From the NCBI GenBank assembly GCA_041601615.1, contig JBFIHX010000006.1, positions 64,001 to 128,000 on the forward strand: a stretch of 64,000 bases of DNA. Reading direction: 5' to 3'. The translations under genes and the position numbers were made by a program. This DNA is from Thermoplasmatota archaeon. Lineage in GTDB: Archaea > Thermoplasmatota > E2 > JACPAO01 > JAHFTW01. The notes under the pieces were generated by a model. It worked only from the letters and a program-made list of their open reading frames with translations, ran no database searches and was not told the origin of the DNA. Below are positions 1 to 9,591 of the stretch, in pieces. How positions within the stretch are numbered: the stretch's first letter is position 1; each line of letters begins with the position of its first letter.

Positions 1-1017
1 ATACACTTCGTAGCCGTAGCCACGGATGCGGCTGCGCAGGGCAGGGTGCAATCCGACGTTTTCGCTCTGGGCGGCGGGGTCGATGACGTCCATGTTGCCT
101 GCGGCGACGAGGATGAAGTCGCAGGGCACGGCGGCGGTGCGGGCCATGGCGCCACTGGAGTTTTCGGCCTTGCCGGTGATGCTGTATTTCTTGTCTTGCA
201 GTGCGGTGAGCAGGGATTGCTGGGACGCCATGCGCAGGACGTTGATTTCGTCAATGAACAAGACGCCCTTGTGCGCCTTGTGGATGGCTCCGCCTTCCAC
301 GCGTTCATGCGTCGGTGTCTCTAGGCCGCCGGATTGGTACGGGTCGTGTCGGATGTCTCCGAACAGACTTCCTGCGCCGCTGCCGGTGGCATCCACGAAG
401 GGTGCTGGGACCGGATGGTCTGGACGTTCGATGAGGAGGTTGGGAACGATGCGGGCCGCCTTCTTGCGGCCGCCCTTGCTCACCATGAAGTAGAAAATGG
501 CGATGAGCAGGAACAATCCCAGCACCATGAGGCCTTGGAAACTGTCGGAACTGGTGGCGAGGAAGCCCACGCCGACGCCAAGAAGCGCCAGCGCGATGAG
601 CACGTCGATGACGATGCCGGCCCAGGCGGTGCGGCGCGCTTTGACGCCACTAAGCGACAGCGCCTTGCGGCCGCGTCCACCTTTCATCATGCGGATTCCG
701 GGGCGATTTTCGTCGTTCGGATTGGCGTAGACCAAGACGTCGTCGAGGTGGCGTTCGGGCAAGATCTGGGCCATGGCTTTGGCTATCATCGATTTGCCCG
801 TGCCTGGATCTCCCAGCAACAGCAAGTGTCGGCCTTGTCGGGCGGCTTTTCGAGCTACTTCGACGGCTTCGTCTTGGCCGATGACCTCGTCCATCAGGAG
901 CTTGGGAAGTTGCACCTGGTCCGTGGTGGGTACTTGTTGGTGCTCGACCCAGCGGTGGGGGTCGGCGTCGGATAGTCCCGTGGCGGGCGGCTTGGGTCGC
1001 TTGGTTGCGCGGGGCAT
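1..1017 (-). CDS. lonB: Archaeal membrane-anchored ATP-dependent Lon protease (LonB), N-terminal part; runs off the window
   Basis: Absent from the ORF track because it has no stop in the window; translated by hand from ATG at 1017. Motifs: VIGQDEAV, Walker A GDPGTGKS, a hydrophobic TM insertion, GDIRHDPYQSGGLETP, Walker B VLFIDEI and HPALRSRIRGYGYEV. Confidence 0.95.
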   Translation of the reverse strand, partial: MPRATKRPKPPATGLSDADPHRWVEHQQVPTTDQVQLPKLLMDEVIGQDEAVEVARKAARQGRHLLLLGDPGTGKSMIAKAMAQILPERHLDDVLVYANPNDENRPGIRMMKGGRGRKALSLSGVKARRTAWAGIVIDVLIALALLGVGVGFLATSSDSFQGLMVLGLFLLIAIFYFMVSKGGRKKAARIVPNLLIERPDHPVPAPFVDATGSGAGSLFGDIRHDPYQSGGLETPTHERVEGGAIHKAHKGVLFIDEINVLRMASQQSLLTALQDKKYSITGKAENSSGAMARTAAVPCDFILVAAGNMDVIDPAAQSENVGLHPALRSRIRGYGYEVY

Positions 1018-1022
1018 GGATT

Positions 1023-3185
1023 TCACTTGGCCTTCGTCGCGAGCGCGACGATTTGTTGGCGTTTTTGACGCACGAGCATTCCGAGGCCGGCGGCGCCCGC
1101 GACACCCGCTCCGGTGGTGAGTCCCAAGGGGACACCGGCGGGGGGCGCAAGGCTCACAGGAACTGCGGGCGGGGAAGTAAAGAGGATGGGCGGTTGCACG
1201 ATGATGCACTCATCGATGCCGCTTGTGAGGCCGCTGAAGGCACCGTATTGGATGACGCCGTGGTCGCCGTAGACGAAGTAAATGAACGGCTCCTTGGTTT
1301 CGGGGTGGATCCAGGTGCTCATGCCATCTTGCAGGTCATCGAACGCGCCGGTGAAGTTGTTGACGACGCCTTCTTGGAACGGGTGGCGAACTTGGCCCAC
1401 TTGCAAGTCGTACACCATCAACGGATACGGTACGCAGTGCTGGAATTTCGCGAGCACTTTGCCGTATTCCACGAAGTCGTTGGGGCCCACGAATTGGTTG
1501 CCGTTTGGATCTACGTTGGGTTGACCAAGGCTGTTGTTGCCACGCTCGGAGTAGCTCAGATACAGGGAGCTGGTGTCGTTGGTGAGTGTCATGGCGCTGA
1601 CGCGTGCCGAAACCACCGAGTCGTACCAGTAGCCGTGGAGGCTGCTGCCAATTTGTTGGGGCGGGCCATCCCAGTGGCGGCCATACCAGCCCCAACTGAG
1701 GCGCACTTGCACGTTGTCGTAGGCGGGGCCGTCGCCCATGAGCCGAACGGAGGTGACGGCCATGCGGCCGGCTTCGTTGATGGCAAGCCGGGGCGTGCCT
1801 CCGATGAGTCCGGGGATGGTGCTGATGAGTTCTGTGTCTCCGTAGGCCGGATCAATGGCCCAGATGTCGGTTTCGCCGATCTTGGCTCCGGCGCGGCCGT
1901 TGTATCCAGCATCTACGACGCAGGCGACGTATGCGCGGCCGTTGTATGCGACGGGGTCGCTGGCGTCGCGGCAGGGGCCGATGAGTTGGTTGTCTCTGAG
2001 GTGGTCCCAGTCCGTTTCGGGGCCTACAGTGGTCCAAACGGCATCGATCCAGCTGCTCATGCCGGTGGTGCTGTTGGCGTAATCGTAGGCGCGTTCGTGC
2101 CAAACCGCCATCACCACGTCGAAGCTGGGGTCGTCGGTGTAGTTGCCCGGTCGGCCGTCGGCGCGGTCTCCGAGTTCTTCCTCACTGGAGGGGGCGGCGG
2201 TGCCGTTGAATGGGTCCTGTTCTTCCTTGGTTTCGTTGCGCAGCGCTTCGTATTCTGCTTGGGTTTCAATTTGGACTCGTGGGGTGACAAGTACGAGGTT
2301 GACTTCGTCGATGCTGTTGCCGGCGGCGCGGTTGCGCACTTTGGTGCCAAAGTGGCTCATGCCGTCCTCCACATCGTTGTCGTGGTAGAGTTGGAAGTGG
2401 TAGTCGAACACCTTGCCTTCCTCGTCGGCGCCAATGGTGCTGCTGTAGAGGTAGGTGGCGTAGATGCGGCCGCTGCGGTCCATGAGGCCGTCCGCCATTT
2501 CTCCGAATCCTTCGCGGCCGTGGGGGTTGTCTTTCCAATCCAAGCCTTGGTTGGTGCTGGTAAACGCCGTGTGGCTCTGGCGTGCTCCGACGCCGCCACT
2601 CGCAGTGGTGCGGCTGCGCGGCGTCGGGCCTTGGTCCGTTGCGGCGCCGTGCAGCGAAAAGAACGCCATGTTGTTTGGATCATTGGAATCAACGGCTAGT
2701 TGCGCGGATCCGAGCAAGTCCTGGTCGTCGATGATGCGGAAGGGGCAATTGGCGCGCACGACGATGGTCTGGGCCGCGTCCCCACTCAGAACATTGCTGC
2801 CATCGGAGGCGGGGCAATGAAAGTCAATGGTCTCTTCGTCCCCCGGTGCCAGCATGGAGACCCACGGCACGGAAGGTTCCAGCACACGAGCCGGGAGGCC
2901 AGCAGGTGCAGCGGGACCCGAATTTGATAGAATGCGCTCGAAGCGAGGAGATCCGTCGATCCGGTGGAGTCCATCCCCGTCTGCCATGCGCTGGGAGCCT
3001 GTGGCCGCTACGGGGTGTGCCTCCAAATCCAGTGCCCATTCGTCGGCCCCGTCCACGGCACCCACCAGGTCGTCAGCGGGAAGTCCCACCGCGAGCGTGG
3101 CGTCCACTGCCAAAAGCAATGCAAGGCACGAAAGGACCCAGGGCTTGCCTCCAATTCCTGCAAGCTGCCGTGGTTGTCCTACCAT
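1023..3185 (-). CDS. Secreted, C-terminally anchored protein, possible beta-propeller (sialidase/BNR-like)
   Basis: Start re-called at MVGQPRQ, because the ORF-track start overlaps the divergent gene. Hydrophobic signal WVLSCLALLLAVDATLA, beta-rich body (LAVDSNDPNN), Pro-rich linker, then a TM and basic tail (GVAGAAGLGMLVRQKR). Confidence 0.7.
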   Translation of the reverse strand: MVGQPRQLAGIGGKPWVLSCLALLLAVDATLAVGLPADDLVGAVDGADEWALDLEAHPVAATGSQRMADGDGLHRIDGSPRFERILSNSGPAAPAGLPARVLEPSVPWVSMLAPGDEETIDFHCPASDGSNVLSGDAAQTIVVRANCPFRIIDDQDLLGSAQLAVDSNDPNNMAFFSLHGAATDQGPTPRSRTTASGGVGARQSHTAFTSTNQGLDWKDNPHGREGFGEMADGLMDRSGRIYATYLYSSTIGADEEGKVFDYHFQLYHDNDVEDGMSHFGTKVRNRAAGNSIDEVNLVLVTPRVQIETQAEYEALRNETKEEQDPFNGTAAPSSEEELGDRADGRPGNYTDDPSFDVVMAVWHERAYDYANSTTGMSSWIDAVWTTVGPETDWDHLRDNQLIGPCRDASDPVAYNGRAYVACVVDAGYNGRAGAKIGETDIWAIDPAYGDTELISTIPGLIGGTPRLAINEAGRMAVTSVRLMGDGPAYDNVQVRLSWGWYGRHWDGPPQQIGSSLHGYWYDSVVSARVSAMTLTNDTSSLYLSYSERGNNSLGQPNVDPNGNQFVGPNDFVEYGKVLAKFQHCVPYPLMVYDLQVGQVRHPFQEGVVNNFTGAFDDLQDGMSTWIHPETKEPFIYFVYGDHGVIQYGAFSGLTSGIDECIIVQPPILFTSPPAVPVSLAPPAGVPLGLTTGAGVAGAAGLGMLVRQKRQQIVALATKAK

Positions 3186-3362
3186 CGTGCCGCGCCCATT
3201 TCGCCCCGAGCACTTAGGGATTGTTGCTCCAGCCCCGAATCCTCCTCGTCCTCGCACAGACCACTCAGGCCGACAATCATGCTTGTTTCGGGCCGTTATG
3301 GTAGTCCCAATGCCGGCGTTTGCTCCACAGTGCTTTTGTCGTACGTCGTGCCCTGTCGTTGC

Positions 3363-5054
3363 ATGGCTAGTCGGTCCTCGACGCTCATCACCCTCGCCAT
3401 CTTGGTGGCAGTAGCCGTGGCTGGATGCACAGCACGCGGCGAATCCGCCACCATCGAGGCACCCGCATGGAGTCCTGGATTCACCTGGGCATTCGAAGGC
3501 AGCTTTGCCTACTCGTTCAAGGAATTCTACGATGGGGAAACCGACGCAGAGAATGAATCGGGCCAGTACCGCGTCAAGGAAGTCGTGGTGAACACAGGAT
3601 TTGAGTTCCAAAACGAGAGCACCTTCGCCACCGTGCGCAGCGTTCAGAGCGACTCGGACGAACTACCCGTTCCCGTGGACCGACCATACCTTGCCGCCTA
3701 CCGCCAACGCGACCTCAAACCCTTGCACGTGGAAGGACTGCGAAGCGAATCCTGCAACACCGCAGGCGATTGCACCGCCAACCTTCAAAAATTCCACTTC
3801 GAGGACCCCCGGCCGGGCGTCGATTTCCTGCCCTTCCCAATCCACACCGGCGACACCTGGGGCGGCACCTACGAGCTGTATGACGGCATCATGATGCGTG
3901 TGACGGCCGAAGCAGGTCGCCTCGTGAAGCTCGACACGCCCCTCGGCACCATCGAAGCCATGCGCATCGACATGCGCCGCACCGCCACGAACCTCGCGGA
4001 GACTCTGAGCGAAATGCAGAAGGAGGCCCGAGAGGAAGGCTACGAAATCCAAGATCTTCGCGCCGACATTCGATACGAGGAAGTGCTCTACTTCAGCCCC
4101 GCGTACAAGAACCTCGTACAGTACACCATGGTGGGCGGTCAACGATTCTCAGCCACTGTTCCCTCGGAGGACGGAGGCACGCAGAAGGTCTCCTTCGAAT
4201 CGCGCGTCGAAGAACACAGCGTCCTCTCCGGCGCCCGGCTCGTGGCCGGCCCCGAGCGCGGCCTCGAAGAAATCGGCAACATGCTGGCCACGGGAGAAGG
4301 ACTGGACAACGTCACCGGCACTCCGATTCCCGAATCCACGTTCACAATCGCCATCCGCGCCGTAGATTCCTCCGTCAACGCCTTCGACCACGAAGCCGGG
4401 CGCTTCGAGGCCACCCTAGAAGGAAACGATGCGCTGCCGGAAGGTCATCAATTGCGCTGGAACCTCCTGGACCGCAATGGGCGCATCGTCGCCAACCAAA
4501 CCGGCAACGTGTTCGAGCCCGTGCCGCCCGGCGCCGGACGCTACTCGGTCGTACTGGATGCAATCGATGCACAAGGCGCAGTGGTGGCAAATGCCGGGAG
4601 CGTACTCATCGCCAACCACCAAGGCACCATGCATACCTCGTGTGGAATCGTCACGGCCCGCCCCCTGCTGCAGGTGGGCGCCTGCGAGTCGCTGCCGGTT
4701 CCAGTGCACCTAGGGGCAACGCTGCTGCACATCAGCGCCACGGGCGACCAGCAAAATCCACTCGCCGAATTGCGCGTGTACGATGCGCTAGGACGCGACG
4801 TGCCCGTGCAACAAACAGGCCGCGTCTACTCCGTGGCCTTGGAGTCCTTCGAAGGCTACAACCTCGGCCATGAACCATGGACCGCCATTTGGGGCGCCAG
4901 CCTCGGCGTCTTAGAAGGCGCCACCATCGACGTATCCGTGCTGTACCAAGATGCTATTCAAACCACCGGCAACGTCAACGTGGGCACCGAACCTGGCCTC
5001 CTGCAAGCCCAGGCCGGCCATCGAGCCCCCTCCTGGTTGCACGGCACGCCATAG
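3363..5054 (+). CDS. Predicted lipoprotein of unknown function
   Basis: MASRSSTLITLAILVAVAVAGC is a signal peptide with an AGC lipobox. APAWSPGFTW motif, and codon usage typical of the host. Confidence 0.8.
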   Translation: MASRSSTLITLAILVAVAVAGCTARGESATIEAPAWSPGFTWAFEGSFAYSFKEFYDGETDAENESGQYRVKEVVVNTGFEFQNESTFATVRSVQSDSDELPVPVDRPYLAAYRQRDLKPLHVEGLRSESCNTAGDCTANLQKFHFEDPRPGVDFLPFPIHTGDTWGGTYELYDGIMMRVTAEAGRLVKLDTPLGTIEAMRIDMRRTATNLAETLSEMQKEAREEGYEIQDLRADIRYEEVLYFSPAYKNLVQYTMVGGQRFSATVPSEDGGTQKVSFESRVEEHSVLSGARLVAGPERGLEEIGNMLATGEGLDNVTGTPIPESTFTIAIRAVDSSVNAFDHEAGRFEATLEGNDALPEGHQLRWNLLDRNGRIVANQTGNVFEPVPPGAGRYSVVLDAIDAQGAVVANAGSVLIANHQGTMHTSCGIVTARPLLQVGACESLPVPVHLGATLLHISATGDQQNPLAELRVYDALGRDVPVQQTGRVYSVALESFEGYNLGHEPWTAIWGASLGVLEGATIDVSVLYQDAIQTTGNVNVGTEPGLLQAQAGHRAPSWLHGTP

Positions 5055-5135
5055 CCAGCCGTCAAGTCCCGAAACAGCCGCGCCGCCCACGACTCGCCGT
5101 AAGGATTTTGTAGAAACGCTGACAATTGCGGAGCC

Positions 5136-5786
5136 ATGGCAACCGACCCGAACGACCCCTGGAAGAACTTCCCCGGAGGCAACCCCTTCGGCCCCAACGG
5201 CCCCTTCGGCGGCAACAATCCCTTCGGCCCCGGCGGCCCGTTCTCGGGCGGGGACCCGATGGCCGGCATGGACGCCTGGCTTCGCAACATGGGTGTCGAC
5301 CCAAAGGAATTCCGCGGCCTCTTTGACGAAATGCAGCGCAACCTCCAGGACGCCTTCAAAAACATGGGCCAGGACCCAAGCAAGGGCTTCGTGGCCGGCT
5401 TCAACGTCCGCATGGGCCCCGACGGCAAACCCCACTTCAGCAGCTTTGGCAACAAACCCAAAGTGGCCCGCGTCGGCCCCGGCGGCATGCCCACCCTCGA
5501 AGCACAGGGCCGCGAACCCCTGACGGACGTCATCGAGGACCCCTTGACCATCGCCATCACCATGGAACTGCCCGGCGTCGAGAAGGCTGACATCGACCTC
5601 AACATGACCGAGGGCGCCCTGGAAGTCAGCGTGGACAACGAGCACCGCAAGTACCACAAGACCGTGCGCCTGCCCGCCAAAGTCGATCCCAGCACCACCA
5701 AGGCGACCTACAACAACGGCATTCTGGACGTCACCGTGCGCAAAGCGACCCCCGATGCCAGCGGCGTACGCATCGCTGTGGAATGA
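5136..5786 (+). CDS. hsp20: Archaeal small heat-shock protein (Hsp20/alpha-crystallin)
   Basis: GFNVRMGPDGKP..FGN, REPLTDVIE, ELPGVEKADI, ATYNNGILDV and a C-terminal I-x-V motif. Confidence 0.95.
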   Translation: MATDPNDPWKNFPGGNPFGPNGPFGGNNPFGPGGPFSGGDPMAGMDAWLRNMGVDPKEFRGLFDEMQRNLQDAFKNMGQDPSKGFVAGFNVRMGPDGKPHFSSFGNKPKVARVGPGGMPTLEAQGREPLTDVIEDPLTIAITMELPGVEKADIDLNMTEGALEVSVDNEHRKYHKTVRLPAKVDPSTTKATYNNGILDVTVRKATPDASGVRIAVE

Positions 5787-5818
5787 TTCGGACCGGAAGT
5801 CTTGATAACGCCGCATAG

Positions 5819-6031
5819 GTGCCCGACCCGCCTGGAGGCCACATAGTGGACGACGACATTGACGACGGCGAGGAACTCTTCAACGACGACTTCGACGACT
5901 CAGATACAACCTTGCGCGCCGGCGTGCAAAAGCGCACTTGCCCCACCTGTCGCAAGTCCCTCGACTTCCGCGTGGAAGGCCGGTTTGTAGTACGGTTCTG
6001 CAAGACGTGCGACTACGAGACGGAGGATTGA
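5819..6031 (+). CDS. Small zinc-ribbon protein with acidic N-terminus
   Basis: CPTC...CKTC pairs and a D/E-rich N-terminus; lies just downstream of hsp20. The start (GTG) is uncertain. Confidence 0.65.
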   Translation: MPDPPGGHIVDDDIDDGEELFNDDFDDSDTTLRAGVQKRTCPTCRKSLDFRVEGRFVVRFCKTCDYETED

Positions 6032-6112
6032 GGGGGCGGCGGCTCCGCAAGCTCACTCCGCAAGCCCTTTTCCCCCATGAGTCGCATTGAGCGACCCAAA
6101 GCACGATTGCCC

Positions 6113-7084
6113 CTACGAGTGCACAAGGGTCCCTTTCGGATCCGTACTCACAACACACCCATCTTCCGTGATGATCAAGCAAGCCTCGGTTTGGCTTACT
6201 TGTCCGCCGCTGGCTTCGCCAAGCGCAGGGTAGTGCTTGATGAGTGTCCCCTTCTGAAGTTGCGCCAGGTTGAATCCGAGTTTGTTGGGCTCGATCATGT
6301 CGGTACACCACCGCTCCGCGAACGGAAGCTTCGGGAAGCGCTTCTGGATGCCGCCGGCGAGTCGCTTGGCGGTCGGAAGGCGCAAGGGGCGCACGCGTTG
6401 GAAGTGGTAGATGTTGCCGAGTCCGGCGTCGATGACGCGACCGGCGGTGCCGTCGGTGACGAACGGCTCGCAAGCAAGCACGTCGCCGATGCGCGGGCGG
6501 CGGTGGATCTTCATGCCGACGTTGGGCACGGTGAGGCCAGCGTGGAGGTTGTAGGTCTCCAAGCTGTGGCCGGTGAGGTTCTGGATGGTCTTGAAACCAA
6601 GATCATTGGCAGTGAGCTCGATGGCGGCGCCGACGTCGCCAAGGTTGCAGTTGGGGCCGATGATCTCGATGGCGGTCTGAAGGCAGGCGCGGCTGGCTTC
6701 GATGAGTTCGGTGTGTGAATTGGTGTTGCCCACTTCCACGCTGATGGCATTGTCGGATAGGGCTCCGTCAAGTTCTGCGCCGCAGTCCAGCTTGGCCACG
6801 TCGCCTACTTCGAGAACGCGTGTATCGTCGTGCGTCGGGGTCCAGTGCGCGGCGATGTTGTTGAGGCTCACGGTGCAGGGGAAGGCTGTGCCGAAGCCCT
6901 TCTCCCGGATGAACTCCTCAACGGCCGTGACGACCTCGATGACGGGGCGGCCGGGTGTGCACAGCTCGCGTCCCACTTCGAGGGCTTGCGCCGCCACTTG
7001 GCCCGCCCGGAGCCATTTCTGGTACGTTTCGTCGTCTTCGATGACGGCCACTACTGGTTCCAGTCTGGGAACCCTGATAACCAT
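6113..7084 (-). CDS. map: Methionine aminopeptidase, type II
   Basis: AFPC..S.NNIAAHWTP, GDVAKLDCG, DGALSDNA, NLTGH, LHAG, EPFVTDG, LPFAERW, YPAL, VSQTE. The last motif has EA in place of the usual EH. Confidence 0.95.
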   Translation of the reverse strand: MVIRVPRLEPVVAVIEDDETYQKWLRAGQVAAQALEVGRELCTPGRPVIEVVTAVEEFIREKGFGTAFPCTVSLNNIAAHWTPTHDDTRVLEVGDVAKLDCGAELDGALSDNAISVEVGNTNSHTELIEASRACLQTAIEIIGPNCNLGDVGAAIELTANDLGFKTIQNLTGHSLETYNLHAGLTVPNVGMKIHRRPRIGDVLACEPFVTDGTAGRVIDAGLGNIYHFQRVRPLRLPTAKRLAGGIQKRFPKLPFAERWCTDMIEPNKLGFNLAQLQKGTLIKHYPALGEASGGQVSQTEACLIITEDGCVVSTDPKGTLVHS

Positions 7085-7094
7085 GTTGGGACGT

Positions 7095-7634
7095 TTACAG
7101 GCAGCTCAGCTGGTCCTGGTTGATGATGGTCATGGTCACTGTGCCATGGTCGTGCAGGGTGAGCGTCTCTCGAACTTCGAACATGTTGCCGCTGGATTCG
7201 TCCTGGAACGAATACTCCACGATCCATGAGTGGCCGTCGGCGGCCGGTTTGCCGTCGACCCACAGCTCGCCATCCACCCAGGAGAATTCGACCATGGATT
7301 CATCGCCAAAGGTTCGGCCAAATTCGCCGTTGGAGCCCGACCATTCATAGCCGCTGCCAAGCGTGGCTGCCTCCGGAATCTCGCCGGTCCAGCGATGAGC
7401 TAGAACATGTTCGGGAATTGGCTTGTCCTTGGTGCGCTGGTAGCTGAGTTTTCCCTCATGAAATTGCATCCAGGAGCAGTGTGGGCCTTGGTTGATGACA
7501 GAGGAGCCGTCGTTGTCTCCTAGGATGACGAGGCTGTTTTCCAATTCCCAGTAGCGGACATCTACATCAGGATCCGGGCCAGTGCAGCCAGATAGTAGGA
7601 ATCCGGCTAGCAGAATGCACGAGAGAATACGCAT
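7095..7634 (-). CDS. Predicted lipoprotein
   Basis: MRILSCILLAGFLLSGC lipobox followed by an acidic beta-rich mature region. Confidence 0.75.
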   Translation of the reverse strand: MRILSCILLAGFLLSGCTGPDPDVDVRYWELENSLVILGDNDGSSVINQGPHCSWMQFHEGKLSYQRTKDKPIPEHVLAHRWTGEIPEAATLGSGYEWSGSNGEFGRTFGDESMVEFSWVDGELWVDGKPAADGHSWIVEYSFQDESSGNMFEVRETLTLHDHGTVTMTIINQDQLSCL

Positions 7635-7659
7635 GGTTCCGATGCCAGTAGCTAAACCA

Positions 7660-7850
7660 TCAGTCTTGCGTTTTGCTCAGTGCGTCCATTTCGGATGCCG
7701 GAAGCATGTCTTGGCGAAGGAATCGAGGAGCCCGCCCGGTTGCATCGACGATGGGGCTTGCCGTGCCGGGTACCCTGTCGCCCAACACCAAAAGGCCCGG
7801 AAAGAGCGCTCGCACTTCGTTGGCATTGATGGGGTTTGGTTCGCCAAAGG
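7660..7850 (-). pseudogene. Displaced duplicate of the 3' end of tsaC
   Basis: GEPNPINANEVRALFPGLLVLGDRVPGTASPIVDATG matches TsaC GGPDPITADEVRAMFPGLLVLDGTVPGTASTVVDVTG at 26 of 37 positions by hand count. The N-terminal part of TsaC is missing. Confidence 0.85.
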
Positions 7851-7889
7851 GAAGGAGAAAGTGGGGAGAAGAGTTGGTGTGCATCGGGT

Positions 7890-8906
7890 TCAGTCAGCTA
7901 CGCGCTCGGCGATTCCGGACAAGCACGGGTCGCCTGGGACCGCCACGTATGCACGCAAGTTGTCCAGGAATACGGTGCTGTCGTAGATGTGGTCCCCTTG
8001 GTCAAAGACGCTAAAGAAGATGCGGTGCGTGTTCGTGTTTCCGGTGGGCGCGGGAAGGCTTGTGTAGGCGCGGTAATGCGCGGTTGCGCCATCGTAGGTC
8101 GTGCCACTTGCCGCTGCGGCCGTCATGCCCGGAGTGAGGGCACCGCCAGAAACGATACCTGGATTGTTGATGGCGACCACATCCGGAGTAATGATGAAGT
8201 TGAGGGGGGCGACGACGGCGTATGTGGGGGAGCCAGCGGTTTCCCAATTGCTAACGTCGACTTCCCCCACGAACGCGTCGTTGTATTGGGTTCCGACCCA
8301 TTCGGGGAATTCCTCGGAGTAGAACCGGAATTCAACGCTCAAACATGCTTCCAGGCGACCGTCGAGTGGTCCTCGTGGATCAAGTACGTCAACGTAGAGA
8401 ATGACTGCATCGTAGTCTGAGTTGGCGCCTCGGTCGGGGTCGGTGCCACCGTTGTTGGCGCTCGTGGACCCGGACGTGTTGGGTTGTTCCGTGTAGGTGA
8501 CGTCCCCAGATGAGAGCAGCGCGAAGGTGGATCCATCGCTGGGGAATGTGTTGATGACGCTGTTGGCAACTCCGGCAGGGTTTCCGTTGGGCGGGTACAC
8601 GAGCCAGCCGCTTTGCAGGATGGTCGTGCCCGTGGTTGCCATGGCAGCAGCGAGATCACCGGCGTTGCTGGTGGCCGTCACGGCGACTGTTTGGACTCCG
8701 GCTAGATTGGGAAGTTGGGGTAGGTGGGAGATGGGCGCTTGAAAGTCGCCGATGCGTTCCACAGGAGCGATGCTGGTTTCGGTAGTCCCAGCCGTCGTTC
8801 CTTGCGAAAAACCGACGACAAGGACAAGCAGCAGACCCAGGACGGTTGCGGTTCGAGGCAGGTTTGCGCGATGAATCGCACGTTCACTTTTTGTATGGTT
8901 ATCCAT
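7890..8906 (-). CDS. Secreted choice-of-anchor L domain protein
   Basis: Signal-like VLGLLLVLVVGFSQG; motifs LLSSG, F.SEEFPEWVGTQYNDAF, YDG.T and DQGDHIYDSTVFLD. Start uncertain. Confidence 0.8.
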   Translation of the reverse strand: MDNHTKSERAIHRANLPRTATVLGLLLVLVVGFSQGTTAGTTETSIAPVERIGDFQAPISHLPQLPNLAGVQTVAVTATSNAGDLAAAMATTGTTILQSGWLVYPPNGNPAGVANSVINTFPSDGSTFALLSSGDVTYTEQPNTSGSTSANNGGTDPDRGANSDYDAVILYVDVLDPRGPLDGRLEACLSVEFRFYSEEFPEWVGTQYNDAFVGEVDVSNWETAGSPTYAVVAPLNFIITPDVVAINNPGIVSGGALTPGMTAAAASGTTYDGATAHYRAYTSLPAPTGNTNTHRIFFSVFDQGDHIYDSTVFLDNLRAYVAVPGDPCLSGIAERVAD

Positions 8907-9002
8907 ATAGTTCACCAATTGGCAGGTATTAGGCCAATTGGAGTGAAATAGCACCCTTTATCTTAATGTGTGTCGCTATTTCATTACCCTTAAATTAATT
9001 AA

Positions 9003-9590
9003 TTAATGTTTTGATGCTTTATTGATGGTTTGTTCGGAAACGGCCCCCGCTCGAAGGACTATCGGCTCCTCGCCCGTCACATCCACCACCGTGCTTGCGG
9101 TGCCAGGAACTGTTCCATCCAACACCAGTAGGCCCGGAAACATAGCCCGGACCTCGTCGGCCGTGATTGGATCGGGTCCCCCATGCAAGTTCGCACTTGT
9201 CATCACAAGTGGATCCGTAGCATCAAGAATCCGGCGCGCCACGTCATGATCCGGAACACGAACGCTAAGCGTGTCGAATCCGGGCGCCACGTGCGCAAGT
9301 TCCGGGTCCCGGCGCTTCAGAACGAGACTGATGGGGCCCGGCATGAATGCCGCTGCGAGCTTGTCCGCCAGTGGTGTTGGAAGTATGGCCCCTTGGGCAG
9401 AGCGCCAGGAATGAAAGCCAAGGGCCAGGGGTACGCCTTCTGGTCGCTGCTTGAGCCGAAACACTTCTTGCACGGCCTCAGGAACGAGCGCGGGGGCTGC
9501 GAGCGCCCACACGGTCTCCGTGGGAAAGCAGACGCATTGGCCATCTAGGAGTGCCTGCACCGCGGCGCGAACATCCACGACGCCGGCCAT
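9003..9590 (-). CDS. tsaC: Threonylcarbamoyl-AMP synthase (TsaC/YrdC)
   Basis: FPTETVWAL, LKQRP, PGPISLVL, VRVPDH, TSANLHG, STVVD, LRAGA. Confidence 0.95.
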   Translation of the reverse strand: MAGVVDVRAAVQALLDGQCVCFPTETVWALAAPALVPEAVQEVFRLKQRPEGVPLALGFHSWRSAQGAILPTPLADKLAAAFMPGPISLVLKRRDPELAHVAPGFDTLSVRVPDHDVARRILDATDPLVMTSANLHGGPDPITADEVRAMFPGLLVLDGTVPGTASTVVDVTGEEPIVLRAGAVSEQTINKASKH

Positions 9591-9591
9591 G

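Noticed and set aside
1005-2699. 564-aa plus-strand ORF
   Set aside because: Antisense shadow of the minus-strand secreted protein; V/A/G-rich composition typical of GC-rich reverse frames.
2964-3611. Overlapping long starts of the divergent ORFs 1023..3611 and 2964..5054
   Set aside because: Signal peptides place the true starts near 3185 and 3363.
8990-9008. TTAAATTAATTAATTAAT tract as an att site or origin
   Set aside because: Simple AT microrepeat at the tsaC stop, with no second copy and no recombinase nearby.
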